A stretch of DNA of 64,000 bases. Origin: Candidatus Poriferisodalis sp. Lineage in GTDB: Bacteria; Actinomycetota; Acidimicrobiia; Acidimicrobiales; Poriferisodalaceae. Under the pieces are notes generated by a model, which worked only from the letters and a program-made list of their open reading frames with translations, was not told the origin of the DNA and searched no databases. Position numbers and translations under genes: made by a program. The stretch spans positions 133,429-197,428 of the forward strand of contig NZ_OZ244781.1 of the NCBI RefSeq assembly GCF_965219595.1. The letters run 5' to 3'. Positions within the stretch are counted from its first letter, which is position 1. The number at the start of each line of letters is the position of its first letter. This document shows positions 8,311 through 17,970 of this stretch, in pieces.

Positions 8311-11013
8311 ATGCTCTTCGACGGGTTGCATGAGCAGATTCCCGATATCGACCCCGACGAGACCGACGATTGGCTGCAGTCGTTCGCAGCAGTCGTCGAG
8401 GAACGGGGCAAGAACCGCGCACGTTTCCTGATCCGGCGGCTCATGTCCAAGGCCCGTGAGATGCAGGTCGACTTCCCCGCCACCGTCTCGACGCCATACA
8501 TCAACACGATCGCCCCCGAAGACGAGCCGTGGTTCCCCGGCGACGAGGAGATCGAGAAGCGCCTGCGGGCCTTCATCCGCTGGAACGCCGTGGCCATGGT
8601 GACCCATGCGAACTCGTGGGCCGACGGCATCGGCGGCCACCTGTCAACCTTCGCCAGCTCCGCGGCGCTCTACGACGTGGGCTTCAACCACTTCTGGCAC
8701 GGCAAGGACGACGGCGAGCCCGGCGACCACATCTACATCCAGGGCCATGCGGCGCCGGGCATCTACGCCCGGGCCTACCTCGAAGGCCGCCTCGACGACA
8801 CCGATCTCGAGCACTTCCGGCGCGAGATCGGCCGCACCGGCCTGTCGTCGTACCCCCATCCCCGCCTGATGCCCGAATTCTGGGAGTTCCCGACGGTGTC
8901 GATGGGCCTCGGGCCGATCACCGCCATCTATCACGCCCGCTTCAACCGCTACCTCCACAACCGCCGAATCGACAACACGTCGGAGTCGAAGGTGTGGTGC
9001 TTCGTGGGCGACGGCGAGACCGACGAGCCCGAGACGCTCGGCGCGCTGCACCTCGCCGCCCGGGAGCGGCTCGACAACCTGATCTTCGTGGTGAACTGCA
9101 ACCTGCAGCGGCTCGACGGTCCCGTACGCGGCAACGGGAAGATCATCCAGGAGCTGGAGGCCAACTTCCGCGGTTCGGGCTGGAACGTGATCAAGGTGAT
9201 CTGGGGCGGTCGCTGGGACGAGCTGCTCGCGCGCGACCGCGACGGCGTGCTGCTCAACAAGATGAACGAGACCATCGACGGCGAGTACCAGCGCTATTCG
9301 GTGGAGAGCGGGCAGTACATCCGTGAGCGGTTCTTCGGCCCCGATCCGCGGCTGCGCGAGATGGTGCAGCACCTCTCCGATGAAGACCTCCAGACCCTGC
9401 CCCGCGGCGGCCACGACTACAAGAAGCTGTACGCGGCCTACCAGGCGGCCGTCGAGCACGAGGGCAGTCCCACGGTCATCCTGACCAAGACGGTCAAGGG
9501 ATGGTCATTGGGGCCCGACCTCGAAGCCCGCAACGCCACCCACCAGATCAAGAAGCTGAACCGCACGCAGCTCATGACGATCCGCGAGCGACTGCGGCTG
9601 CACAACGAGATCGACGCCGAGTTCGATCCCGATGACCCGCCCTACTGCCGGCCGGCACCCGGCAGCGCCGAGCACGAGTACCTGATGGCACGCCGCAAGG
9701 CGCTCAACGGCCCGCTGCCCAAGCGCATCGGCAACTGGTGCCGCAAGGCGCTGCCGATGCCCAGCTCCAAACCCTTCGAGGAATTCTCGGCGGGGTCGGG
9801 CGAGATGGCGGTGTCGACCACCATGGCGTTCACCCGGATGCTGCGGGCGATGACGCGTGAGCCGGGTTTCGGCGACCGGGTGGTGCCGATCATTCCCGAC
9901 GAGGCCCGCACGTTCGGCATGGACTCGCTGTTCCGCGAGCTGGGCATCTACGCCAGCCAGGGGCAGCTGTACGAGCCGGTCGATCACGACCTGCTGCTGT
10001 CGTACACCGAGCACATCGACGGCCAGATCCTCGAGGAGGGCATCACCGAGGCGGGTGCGCTGGCCAGCTTCACCGCCGCGGCCACGTCGTATGCCACTCG
10101 CGGCGTGGCGATGGTGCCCTTCTACACCTTCTATTCGATGTTCGGCTTCCAGCGGGTCGGCGACATGATCTGGGCGCTGGCCGACATGCGGGGGCGCGGT
10201 TTCCTCATGGGGGCCACGGCGGGTCGCACCACCCTGATGGGCGAGGGTCTCCAGCACCAGGACGGCCACTCGCCGCTGCTGGCCTCGGTGGTGCCGCCAT
10301 GCCAGGCCTACGACCCTGCGTTCGCCTACGAGCTGGCTGCCATCGTGCAGGACGGCATCCGGCGCATGTACGGCGTGGGCGAGGACATCTTCTACTACCT
10401 GACCATCTACAACGAGAACTACGTCCAGCCGCCTGAGCCCGACGATCTCGCTGTGGAAGATCTTCTGGCCGGGCTCTACCGCTACGCCCCGTCGCCGCTC
10501 GGACGAGCCCACTCCGGCACAATTCTGTTCTCGGGCTCGGCGCAGGGGGCTGCGCGAGCGGCCGCCGACCTGCTGGCGGCCGAGCACGACGTGGGCGTCG
10601 ACCTGTGGAGCGCCACGTCCTACAAGGCGCTGCGCGAGGAGGCGCTGTCGTGCGAGCGGTGGAACACGCTCCATCCCGACGATCCCCAGCAGGTGCCCTT
10701 CGTGACCCGGCAGCTGGCCGACGGCATGGGGCCGGTGATCGCCGTGACCGACTTCATGCGGGCCGTGCCCGACCAGGTGTCGCGCTGGATCGGCCGCGAC
10801 TACACGTCGCTGGGTACCGACGGCTTCGGCCACAGCGACACCCGCAGCCGGCTGCGGGAGCACTTCGAGATCACCGCCGAGCACATCACCGTGGCCGTGC
10901 TGTGGCGCCTCGCCGAACTGGGCGAGATCGACTCGAGCGCGGCGGCGGAGGCCATCAAGCGCTACGGCCTGGCCACCGACAGCGCCGACCCCTGGTCCGC
11001 CTCCGCACACTGA
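8311..11013 (+). CDS. aceE: pyruvate dehydrogenase E1 component, homodimeric type
   Basis: 900 aa. N-terminal IPDIDPDETDDWLQSF, INTIAPEDEPWFPGDEEIEKR.RAFIRWNA and the ThDP-binding region GDGETDEPE..NLIFVVNCNLQRLDGPVRGN. Confidence 0.95.
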   Translation: MLFDGLHEQIPDIDPDETDDWLQSFAAVVEERGKNRARFLIRRLMSKAREMQVDFPATVSTPYINTIAPEDEPWFPGDEEIEKRLRAFIRWNAVAMVTHANSWADGIGGHLSTFASSAALYDVGFNHFWHGKDDGEPGDHIYIQGHAAPGIYARAYLEGRLDDTDLEHFRREIGRTGLSSYPHPRLMPEFWEFPTVSMGLGPITAIYHARFNRYLHNRRIDNTSESKVWCFVGDGETDEPETLGALHLAARERLDNLIFVVNCNLQRLDGPVRGNGKIIQELEANFRGSGWNVIKVIWGGRWDELLARDRDGVLLNKMNETIDGEYQRYSVESGQYIRERFFGPDPRLREMVQHLSDEDLQTLPRGGHDYKKLYAAYQAAVEHEGSPTVILTKTVKGWSLGPDLEARNATHQIKKLNRTQLMTIRERLRLHNEIDAEFDPDDPPYCRPAPGSAEHEYLMARRKALNGPLPKRIGNWCRKALPMPSSKPFEEFSAGSGEMAVSTTMAFTRMLRAMTREPGFGDRVVPIIPDEARTFGMDSLFRELGIYASQGQLYEPVDHDLLLSYTEHIDGQILEEGITEAGALASFTAAATSYATRGVAMVPFYTFYSMFGFQRVGDMIWALADMRGRGFLMGATAGRTTLMGEGLQHQDGHSPLLASVVPPCQAYDPAFAYELAAIVQDGIRRMYGVGEDIFYYLTIYNENYVQPPEPDDLAVEDLLAGLYRYAPSPLGRAHSGTILFSGSAQGAARAAADLLAAEHDVGVDLWSATSYKALREEALSCERWNTLHPDDPQQVPFVTRQLADGMGPVIAVTDFMRAVPDQVSRWIGRDYTSLGTDGFGHSDTRSRLREHFEITAEHITVAVLWRLAELGEIDSSAAAEAIKRYGLATDSADPWSASAH

Positions 11014-11089
11014 ACGACCTGCTCCGCCAGCATCCGGCTCAGCAGGCCAAGTCGGGACACCAACGGACAGATCCGAGATTCGTGGCCGC

Positions 11090-11581
11090 TTGGGCGGTCG
11101 CAGTGAGCAGACTGTCCCGGTGCCCAGCGACATCCCGTGCCCGCAGCGGTGGTTCGACGACTACGAGGCCGGCGAGCGTTTCACCTTCGGCTCCACGACG
11201 ATCGACGAGGCCGAGATCATCGAATTCGGCCGCAAGTTCGACCCCCAGCCCTTCCACATCGATCCCGAAGCCGCCCGTGACACGGTGTACGGCCGGCTGA
11301 TCGCCTCGGGATGGCACACCGGCTCGATCATGATGAAGCTGCTGGGCGAGCACCTGCTGGGGCCGTCCAGCATGGGCTCGCCCGGTCTCGACGAGCTGCG
11401 GTGGCTGGCGCCGGTGCATCCGGGCGACCGTCTCACGCTCGTGGTGGACGTGCTGGAGCTGCGCCCGAGCCGCTCCAAGCCCGACCGGGGCATCGTCAAG
11501 ATGGCCCATGAACTCGTCAACCAGCACGGCATCACAGTGGTGCGCTCAGTGGCGAACATGATGATCGCCCGCCGCCCCTGA
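11090..11581 (+). CDS. MaoC-like (R)-specific enoyl-CoA hydratase, hot-dog fold
   Basis: FGRKFDPQPFHIDPEAA...YGRLIASGWHT...RPSRSKPDRGIV is the MaoC dehydratase pattern. Confidence 0.85.
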   Translation: MGGRSEQTVPVPSDIPCPQRWFDDYEAGERFTFGSTTIDEAEIIEFGRKFDPQPFHIDPEAARDTVYGRLIASGWHTGSIMMKLLGEHLLGPSSMGSPGLDELRWLAPVHPGDRLTLVVDVLELRPSRSKPDRGIVKMAHELVNQHGITVVRSVANMMIARRP

Positions 11582-11611
11582 AACAGCCCGATCCACGAGC
11601 GCTTCGCTCGG

Positions 11612-12376
11612 CTAGGCGTACTGGGCGGCTGCTTGGCGCTCCAGCCAGCCCAGCAGGATGGCCACCGCTCGCGGATCGTGACGGATGCGGTGGTCGGCAC
11701 CCTCGATGAGACGCAACTCTGCACTGGGATGCCCCGAAGCCAGATGTCGGGCCTCTTCGTAGGGCACCTGCCGGTCGTTGATGCCGTGCAGGATCAGCAG
11801 CGGCCGGTCGGCCAGCTGTCCCACAGCGTCCATCGCCCGGTTCTGCTTCAGTTCACGATTCCAAGCGCCCGTCGACTTCGGAAAACCGTCAGTTCGGATC
11901 ACACCCACGTTGCGACAGTGCTGCAGGAACGCCTTGGGGTCGCTCGCCCAGTCGTCAAAATCCGCCCTGGGCGCCATTGCGGCCACGCCGCGAATCCGGG
12001 CGTCGCGCGCCGCCGCCAGGATCGCCACAGAGCCGCCGGTAGTCGAGCCCACGAGCCATACACCCCGGCAACCCTCGGAGAGCACACGGGTGACCGAGCG
12101 GCCGATGTCGTCAATCCAGCCGAGCAATGAGAAATCGCCGTCAGACTCGCCGCAGCCGCGCATGCTCACCGCAAGCACTGTCCAGCCTTGGGCCTCGGCG
12201 ATGCGCTCGGCGAAGAGCTGGTAGGTGCGGTTCGGCACGCCGGGCCGCTGCATCGACGGGAAGCCGTGGCAGAGCACCACTGCGGGCCCGCTGCGGACAG
12301 GTCGTTTCGGGCGCACCAGGATCGCTGCGAGGCCCGGGCTGCCCTCGATGGTGGTCTCGGTGACGTCGGTGCTCAC
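11612..12376 (-). CDS. alpha/beta hydrolase family protein
   Basis: VVLCHGFP...MRGCGESDG...LVGSTTGGSVAILAAA...LILHGINDRQVP...GADHRI follows the alpha/beta hydrolase layout. Confidence 0.8.
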   Translation of the reverse strand: MSTDVTETTIEGSPGLAAILVRPKRPVRSGPAVVLCHGFPSMQRPGVPNRTYQLFAERIAEAQGWTVLAVSMRGCGESDGDFSLLGWIDDIGRSVTRVLSEGCRGVWLVGSTTGGSVAILAAARDARIRGVAAMAPRADFDDWASDPKAFLQHCRNVGVIRTDGFPKSTGAWNRELKQNRAMDAVGQLADRPLLILHGINDRQVPYEEARHLASGHPSAELRLIEGADHRIRHDPRAVAILLGWLERQAAAQYA

Positions 12377-12438
12377 GTCGCTGCGGGCTGTCGGCCGAAT
12401 ACCGCATGCGCGGCCGTTGCAAGGCGCACCGTCATGTC

Positions 12439-12660
12439 CTAGCGGCAGAGCCGCGACAGGCGGTAGCCGCGGTTGCGCGCTTCTGGCAGCTCGTCGGGGC
12501 CGAAGGTGGCGTAGGACTGCGCTGCCACGATGTCAGCGACGGCTGCGGCGAGCTGTTCGGTGACCGCCGGATCATCAGTCTCGAGTTCCATGTCGTAGAC
12601 GATCTGGTTGCGCTTGTCGCCGACGAATCGGCAGCCGGCGAGCTCCCTCGGGATGTCCAT
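12439..12660 (-). CDS. hypothetical small protein (73 aa)
   Basis: ATG 12660; balanced acidic composition (MDIPRELAGCRFVGDKRNQIVYDMELETDD...). The upstream extension of the ORF runs into a nucleotide-level repeat, so the short form is preferred. Confidence 0.45.
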   Translation of the reverse strand: MDIPRELAGCRFVGDKRNQIVYDMELETDDPAVTEQLAAAVADIVAAQSYATFGPDELPEARNRGYRLSRLCR

Positions 12661-12747
12661 GGGAACATTCTGCCGTCCTGCTGCGGGCTCAGCGTGCGTT
12701 AGAGGATGCGCGGACAGGTGAGCCCTCTGCTGTTTGCACCTGACGCT

Positions 12748-12813
12748 CCCCGCTCTTGTTCGCTGGCGCTCACGGGCCGCTCGGGCCACGGCTTTGCCTA
12801 TCGGCTCAGCCTC
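12748..12813 (+). repeat. dispersed intergenic repeat, copy A
   Basis: CCCCGCTCTTGTTCGCTGGCGCTCACGGGCCGCTCGGGCCACGGCTTTGCC..CGGCTCAGCCTC. Near-identical to 57535-57601 and shares its core with the tandem units at 44706-44809. Confidence 0.85.
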
Positions 12814-13252
12814 AATCGGGGTCCACGACGGCAAGCGCGCCGATCAGGCGGAGGTACTCCAAGTGCGCATCAGCGACCGCGGTGACCTGCTCCAGCGACA
12901 CCTCAAGCCCGTCTCGGCGGACGCTGCGATACAGATCGGCTGCCGAGGATTGGTCCTCGGTGACCGTCGTGCCCGTTTCGCCCTCGGCATCAGGATCAGC
13001 GTCGTCCGACGTAGGTGGTGGCGCGAACTGCAGCTGGTTGAGGTGTGCCCGCAGCAACGTCTCGAGCTCGCTGGGCTCCAGTGCCGCAGCAATGTCGAAC
13101 GGCACGAGATCGGCGACAACTTCGGCCGCCTCGGCGAGACGCCACACCGGCTCGCGTCGCTGGCGGCCCAGCCGCTGCGCCTGCGTGCCGACCACGCCCG
13201 CGGCAACGACGAAGCCGATCACCAATGAGATGACGATGACCGCGACAATCAC
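12812..13252 (-). CDS. hypothetical membrane-anchored protein
   Basis: N-terminal TM helix MIVAVIVISLVIGFVVAAGVVG followed by an acidic soluble domain. No family recognised. Confidence 0.6.
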   Translation of the reverse strand: MIVAVIVISLVIGFVVAAGVVGTQAQRLGRQRREPVWRLAEAAEVVADLVPFDIAAALEPSELETLLRAHLNQLQFAPPPTSDDADPDAEGETGTTVTEDQSSAADLYRSVRRDGLEVSLEQVTAVADAHLEYLRLIGALAVVDPD

Positions 13253-13312
13253 CGGTGCCTCCCCGGCAGCTCAGATGTCCGTGCGGCGCGCCTCAGTCTG
13301 ACTTGTCCTGGC

Positions 13313-14425
13313 CTACAGGCCGATGCGCTGGGCCAGCTGCTCCCGGTGGTAGGCGGGATCGCCGAAGATCAGCTCGGAGCTCTTGGCACGCTTGAAGTAC
13401 AGGTGCGCAGGGTGCTCCCAGGTGAAGCCGATGCCGCCGTGGATCTGGATGTTCTCCGCGGCGCAATGGAAGTACGCCTCTGAGCAGTAGGCCTTGGCGA
13501 GCGACGCCACCGACGGCAGCTCGTCGTTCATCTCCGCAGCGCACCAAGCCGCGTAGTAGGCAGCCGACTTGGCCGACTCGACCTCGAGCAGCATGTCGGC
13601 GCACTTGTGCTTGATGGCCTGGAACGAGCCGATCGGGCGCCCGAACTGCACACGGTCCTTCGCGTACTGCACGGCCATGTCGAGCACGAACTGCGCACCG
13701 CCGACCTGCTCGTTGGCCAGCGCCACCGCAGCCAAGTCGAGCACCTGATCGATGTAGGCGAAGTTGTCGGTGTCGCACAGGTGCTTGGCCGGCGTGTTGT
13801 CGAAGGTGATGCGGGCCTGCTTGCGGGTCTGGTCCATGGTGGCGAGGTTCTCGCGGCTGAGTCCCGCAGCATCGCCCTCGACGGTGAACAGGTGAATCCC
13901 GCCGTCGCAGCGCGCCGCCACCACGAACAGGTTCGCCGTGCCGCCGTCGGTCACGAACATCTTCTCGCCCGAGATCGTCGCCGAGTCGCCCGTGTCGGTG
14001 GCCTCCACCTCGACGCCCTCGGCATCCCAGCGGCCGCTGGCCTCAGCCAGCGCCAGCGTGGCGATGATCTCGCCCGAGGCAATGCCTTCGAGCAGCTCTT
14101 CTTTGGCCTTCTCATTACCCGAGTGCAAGATGGCGTTGCCGGCCAGCACCACAGTGGAGAAGTAGGGCGAGCACAGCAGGCTGCGGCCCATCTCCTCGAG
14201 CACGATTCCGAGCTCCACGTAGCTGGCGCCCTGGCCGCCGTACTCCTCGGGAATGATCAGCGCCTGCAAGCCGAGCTGCTCAGCCATCTGCGACCACACG
14301 GCGGGGTCGTAGCCGTCGTCGGTCTCCATCAGCTCCCGAACGGTGGTCTCCGGGGACTTCTCCTCGAGGAACGAACGGACGAAGTTGCGGAGCTCTTCCT
14401 GCTCCTCGGTGAATGCGAAGTTCAC
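13313..14425 (-). CDS. acyl-CoA dehydrogenase
   Basis: GTG 14425 gives VNFAFTEEQEELRNFVRSFLEE (classic ACAD N-terminus). C-terminal IQIHGGIGFTWEHPAHLYFKRAK. Confidence 0.9.
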   Translation of the reverse strand: MNFAFTEEQEELRNFVRSFLEEKSPETTVRELMETDDGYDPAVWSQMAEQLGLQALIIPEEYGGQGASYVELGIVLEEMGRSLLCSPYFSTVVLAGNAILHSGNEKAKEELLEGIASGEIIATLALAEASGRWDAEGVEVEATDTGDSATISGEKMFVTDGGTANLFVVAARCDGGIHLFTVEGDAAGLSRENLATMDQTRKQARITFDNTPAKHLCDTDNFAYIDQVLDLAAVALANEQVGGAQFVLDMAVQYAKDRVQFGRPIGSFQAIKHKCADMLLEVESAKSAAYYAAWCAAEMNDELPSVASLAKAYCSEAYFHCAAENIQIHGGIGFTWEHPAHLYFKRAKSSELIFGDPAYHREQLAQRIGL

Positions 14426-14686
14426 GGACGCGCCTCCGGGCTGGTGCGGCCAGCACAGCTTGAGCACTGGCGCATGAGTCAGGCGAAGTTCTATCACCCA
14501 GCGGCCCGATCGACTCAGGGACGGCTCATCAACTCCGGCACCAACGGTGGAACCTCCGGCACACGTCGAGCGTTAGCTTTCGTGACGGGCGCCCCCCAGC
14601 GGGGTACGCCGGTTCGGCCCCCCGACCGGTGCCCGTCCAACTCGACCCGGAGGCTGAGCCGGCCTCCTCCAGCGAAACGGGCAGAC

Positions 14687-16432
14687 ATGAGCGACAGTTC
14701 CCACGAGGCCGCGGCCGATGCGCCCTCCGGTTCCGAGGCGCCGGGCGGCCGGGGCATCGGCCGGCTCATCCGCCGGCCCGGCTCGGTTGCCGGATTGCTG
14801 GCCGGCGTTGCCGGTGCCGCGGTCGCGCTGGCGTTCGGCGAGTTCATCGACGGATTGGTGGACACGATCCCGTCGCTCGTGGTGGCCGTCGGCGAGGCAC
14901 TGGTGGACTACTCGCCCGACTGGGCAGTGAAGCTGAGCATCGAGCTGTTCGGCGAGAAGGACAAGGCCGTGCTGGCGATCGGCATCGTCGGAGTGTCGCT
15001 GATCATCGGCGGACTGCTGGGCGCCTGCGCCATGGCGCCACGGCGCCGGTGGGTACCCTTCGCTGGATTCGCTGCGTTCGGCGTAATCGGCGGCTGGACT
15101 GCTGCGCGCAACCCGATGAGCCCGTTCGTGGGCTCCTGGGTGGTCGCGTTGGCTGCTGCCGCACTCGGTTACCTCACGCTACGGCTGCTGTTGCGAGTCG
15201 CTCCGGCCCGCGGTGCGGTACCGGGAGACGATGACGCGCCCCCTGAGCCTGCTGGCACGGCGATGCCCGAGGCAGCCCCCGACGCCAGTCGCAGGGCCTT
15301 CCTGCTCGGCATCGGCGGCGCCGGTGTGGCCGCCGTCGGTCTCGTCGCGCTGGGTCGGGGCGTGCGCGGTCCCTCAGCGGCTGAGACGGCCCGCGCTGGC
15401 ATCGACTTGAGTGCGGCGAGGCCTCCGTCGACAACCGCTGCCGCGGGCACGGCGACCGCTGCCCAGCCCACCGCCACCACGGCGGCAGGACCCTCGGTCG
15501 CCACCCAGGTCGCCGCGCTCGACACGCTCGACGAGGTCGTCGGCATCTCCAGCTACGTCACCCCCAACAGCGACTTCTACCGGATCGACACGGCGCTGAC
15601 GGTGCCGCAGGTCGACCCCGCCAACTGGAAGCTCAGCTTCACCGGCATGGTCGACAATCCCTATGAGCTGACCTTCGACGAGATCCTGGCGATGGACCTC
15701 CAAGAGCACGTGGTCACGCTGTCGTGCGTGTCGAATCGAGTCGGCGGCAGCCTCGTCGGCAACGCCGTCTGGACCGGTGTGCCGCTGGTGGACCTGCTGG
15801 AGCGAGCCGGTGTGCAGGCGGGTGCCGATCAGGTGGTGGGCCGCTCGGTCGACGACTGGACCGCCGGCTTTCCCACCCCGCTGCTGTACGACGGCCGCAA
15901 CGCATTGCTCGCCGTCGGCATGAACGGCGAGCCGCTGCCCACCCGCCACGGCTTTCCTGCCCGCCTGATCGTGGCAGGACTCTATGGCTATGTGTCGGCG
16001 GTGAAGTGGATCGAAGAAATCCACCTCACCACGTGGGATGCCTTCGACGGCTACTGGGTGCCGCGGGGATGGTCCAAGCGCGGCCCGATGAAGACGCAGA
16101 GCCGGATCGATGTGCCCGGCAGCGGCGACCGCCCCGTCGCGGGCACAGAAACGGCCATTGCCGGCATTGCCTGGGCGCCGACGCGGGGCATCAGCGCCGT
16201 CGAGGTTCGCGTCGACGACGGGCCCTGGCAGCAGTGCGATCTGGGCGAGGCGCTGGGCGATGAGAGCTGGGTGCAGTGGCACCTGCCCTGGACGCCCACC
16301 GCTGGCACGCACTCACTGCAGGTGCGGGCGATCGACGGCACCGGCATGACCCAGCCCGAAGGTCCCAAGGACGTCCGCCCCGACGGCGCCGAGGGCTGGC
16401 ACCGCGTCGCCGTGCGGGTAGACGCCGCCTGA
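14687..16432 (+). CDS. membrane-anchored molybdopterin-dependent oxidoreductase (sulfite oxidase family)
   Basis: ATG 14687. N-terminal TM segments, then SYVTPNSDFYRIDTAL, TLSCVSNRVGG (Mo-ligand Cys region) and MNGEPLPTRHGFPARLIVAGLYGYVSAVKWI. Confidence 0.88.
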   Translation: MSDSSHEAAADAPSGSEAPGGRGIGRLIRRPGSVAGLLAGVAGAAVALAFGEFIDGLVDTIPSLVVAVGEALVDYSPDWAVKLSIELFGEKDKAVLAIGIVGVSLIIGGLLGACAMAPRRRWVPFAGFAAFGVIGGWTAARNPMSPFVGSWVVALAAAALGYLTLRLLLRVAPARGAVPGDDDAPPEPAGTAMPEAAPDASRRAFLLGIGGAGVAAVGLVALGRGVRGPSAAETARAGIDLSAARPPSTTAAAGTATAAQPTATTAAGPSVATQVAALDTLDEVVGISSYVTPNSDFYRIDTALTVPQVDPANWKLSFTGMVDNPYELTFDEILAMDLQEHVVTLSCVSNRVGGSLVGNAVWTGVPLVDLLERAGVQAGADQVVGRSVDDWTAGFPTPLLYDGRNALLAVGMNGEPLPTRHGFPARLIVAGLYGYVSAVKWIEEIHLTTWDAFDGYWVPRGWSKRGPMKTQSRIDVPGSGDRPVAGTETAIAGIAWAPTRGISAVEVRVDDGPWQQCDLGEALGDESWVQWHLPWTPTAGTHSLQVRAIDGTGMTQPEGPKDVRPDGAEGWHRVAVRVDAA

Positions 16433-16462
16433 GCAGCAGTAGCTGCGTCTTAGGATGCGGCC

Positions 16463-17104
16463 ATGGCTCTGCACTGGTCCGCCACCGGTATCGAAGTCCA
16501 CAAGCACGTCGTGCGCCCGCTCGAGGGCAACCTGCCCCACGGCTTTCCCGACGACTTCGACAACAACGTCTTCACCATCCGTTGCACCGAAACCGGCGAG
16601 GCGATGCTGATCGACGCTTCGAACGAGCACGAACGGCTGCTGGAGGTGTGCCAGAAGCTCGGCGTCGTCACGGTGGTGGAAACCCACGGCCACTGGGACC
16701 ACATCCAGGCCGTGCCTGCGGTGCGCGATGCCGGCATCGAGGTGGGCATCACCGCCGAGGACGCGACGATGCTGCCCAGCTACGACTACATCCTCGAAGA
16801 CGACTCAGTGATCGAAGTGGGCCGCCTGCGGATCCGCACCATCCACAATCCCGGTCACACCGCCGGCTCCATGAGCTTTCACGTGGAGGGCACGCCGCTG
16901 CTGTTCACCGGCGACACGCTGTTCCCGGGAGGGCCCGGCGCCACCAGCGGCGGCGGCGACTTCGACCAGATCATCCGCAGCATCGAGGACCGGATGTTCT
17001 CGGCGTTCCCCGCGGACACGATGGTGCTGCCCGGCCACGGCCTCGACACCACGATCGGCAACGAGACGCCCCACCTGCAGGAGTGGATCGACCGCCGCTG
17101 GTAG
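16463..17104 (+). CDS. MBL-fold metallo-hydrolase
   Basis: ETHGHWDH metal-binding motif and NPGHTAGS; about 210 aa, glyoxalase II-like. Confidence 0.88.
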   Translation: MALHWSATGIEVHKHVVRPLEGNLPHGFPDDFDNNVFTIRCTETGEAMLIDASNEHERLLEVCQKLGVVTVVETHGHWDHIQAVPAVRDAGIEVGITAEDATMLPSYDYILEDDSVIEVGRLRIRTIHNPGHTAGSMSFHVEGTPLLFTGDTLFPGGPGATSGGGDFDQIIRSIEDRMFSAFPADTMVLPGHGLDTTIGNETPHLQEWIDRRW

Positions 17105-17124
17105 CGCCTGCCTGAGATCTGGGC

Positions 17125-17970
17125 TCAGCCCGTAGCAACTCGACGCGCCAGCGACCTGAACGCCATGAAGAACGTCACCACGGCGAGGCCGAGGATTGCC
17201 GCCGCGCCCTTGGCGAGCGCAACGCCGTCCCAGCCCGTCGACAGGATCGTGCGCATGCCTTCGAGCAGGTAGGTGACCGGGTTCCAGGCTGCAACAGCGC
17301 GCATCCAGCCCGACATCAGCTCCCGGGGCAGGAACGCCGGCGTCAGGAACGCAAACGGGAAGAAGATCAGGAACGCGGAGTTCACCGCAGCAGGGTTCCC
17401 GGTGCGCAGCGCCACGGTGTACGGGAAGCCGGTGAACGCAAGGCTCCACGCAATCGACAGCAGCAAGAACACGGCCAGTCCCAAGACTCCGGTCTCGAAC
17501 CACACGCCGAAGGCCAGCCCCATCACGATCACGAACAGCGCCAGCCCCAGCGCCATCACGATGTCGGCCACCATGAGGCCGAGCAGCAGGGTGGACCGTC
17601 GAATCGGCGTCACCAGCATGCGGTCGAGATAGCCGGACTGGATGTCGATCACCAGCACGCTGGCGCGTGAGATGCCGGTCACGGCGAAGATGATCGCCAC
17701 TGGCAGCTGGAACGCCCGGTAGTCGGCCACGCCGCCCGACATCGGGCCAGCCCCTGCGCCGGCCGCTGCACCCGCTTCCACGAACGGCTCGAGCGCACCG
17801 ACGTTCACTACGAAGAAGAAGACCGGGATGATGAGCGCCGGTCCTACGAACTCGGGTTCGCGCAGCACGCTGCGAACCGCCCGCCGGGCGATGGTGGCGA
17901 TGTCGGTCACAAAGCCGACCCGTCGGGTGAGTCCGCCGCCCGTCAGCGCAGGGGCCGTGGTGTCGGTCAT
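17125..17970 (-). CDS. ABC-2 type transporter permease
   Basis: Six hydrophobic segments; 4-nt overlap with the upstream ATPase gene. Confidence 0.85.
   Translation of the reverse strand: MTDTTAPALTGGGLTRRVGFVTDIATIARRAVRSVLREPEFVGPALIIPVFFFVVNVGALEPFVEAGAAAGAGAGPMSGGVADYRAFQLPVAIIFAVTGISRASVLVIDIQSGYLDRMLVTPIRRSTLLLGLMVADIVMALGLALFVIVMGLAFGVWFETGVLGLAVFLLLSIAWSLAFTGFPYTVALRTGNPAAVNSAFLIFFPFAFLTPAFLPRELMSGWMRAVAAWNPVTYLLEGMRTILSTGWDGVALAKGAAAILGLAVVTFFMAFRSLARRVATG

Noticed and set aside
11990-12060. The nucleophile elbow of the alpha/beta hydrolase reads G-S-T-T-G-G, an apparent Thr where GxSxG has Ser.
   Set aside because: Without a real alignment I cannot tell whether the Ser at the second position or the Thr is the nucleophile. 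This is too uncertain to report as an anomaly.
12661-12834. Long form (131 aa) of ORF 12439..12834.
   Set aside because: The extra N-terminal part is Arg/Ala-rich and runs into dispersed repeat copy A, whose conservation is at the nucleotide level. The internal ATG 12660 gives a compositionally normal 73-aa product.
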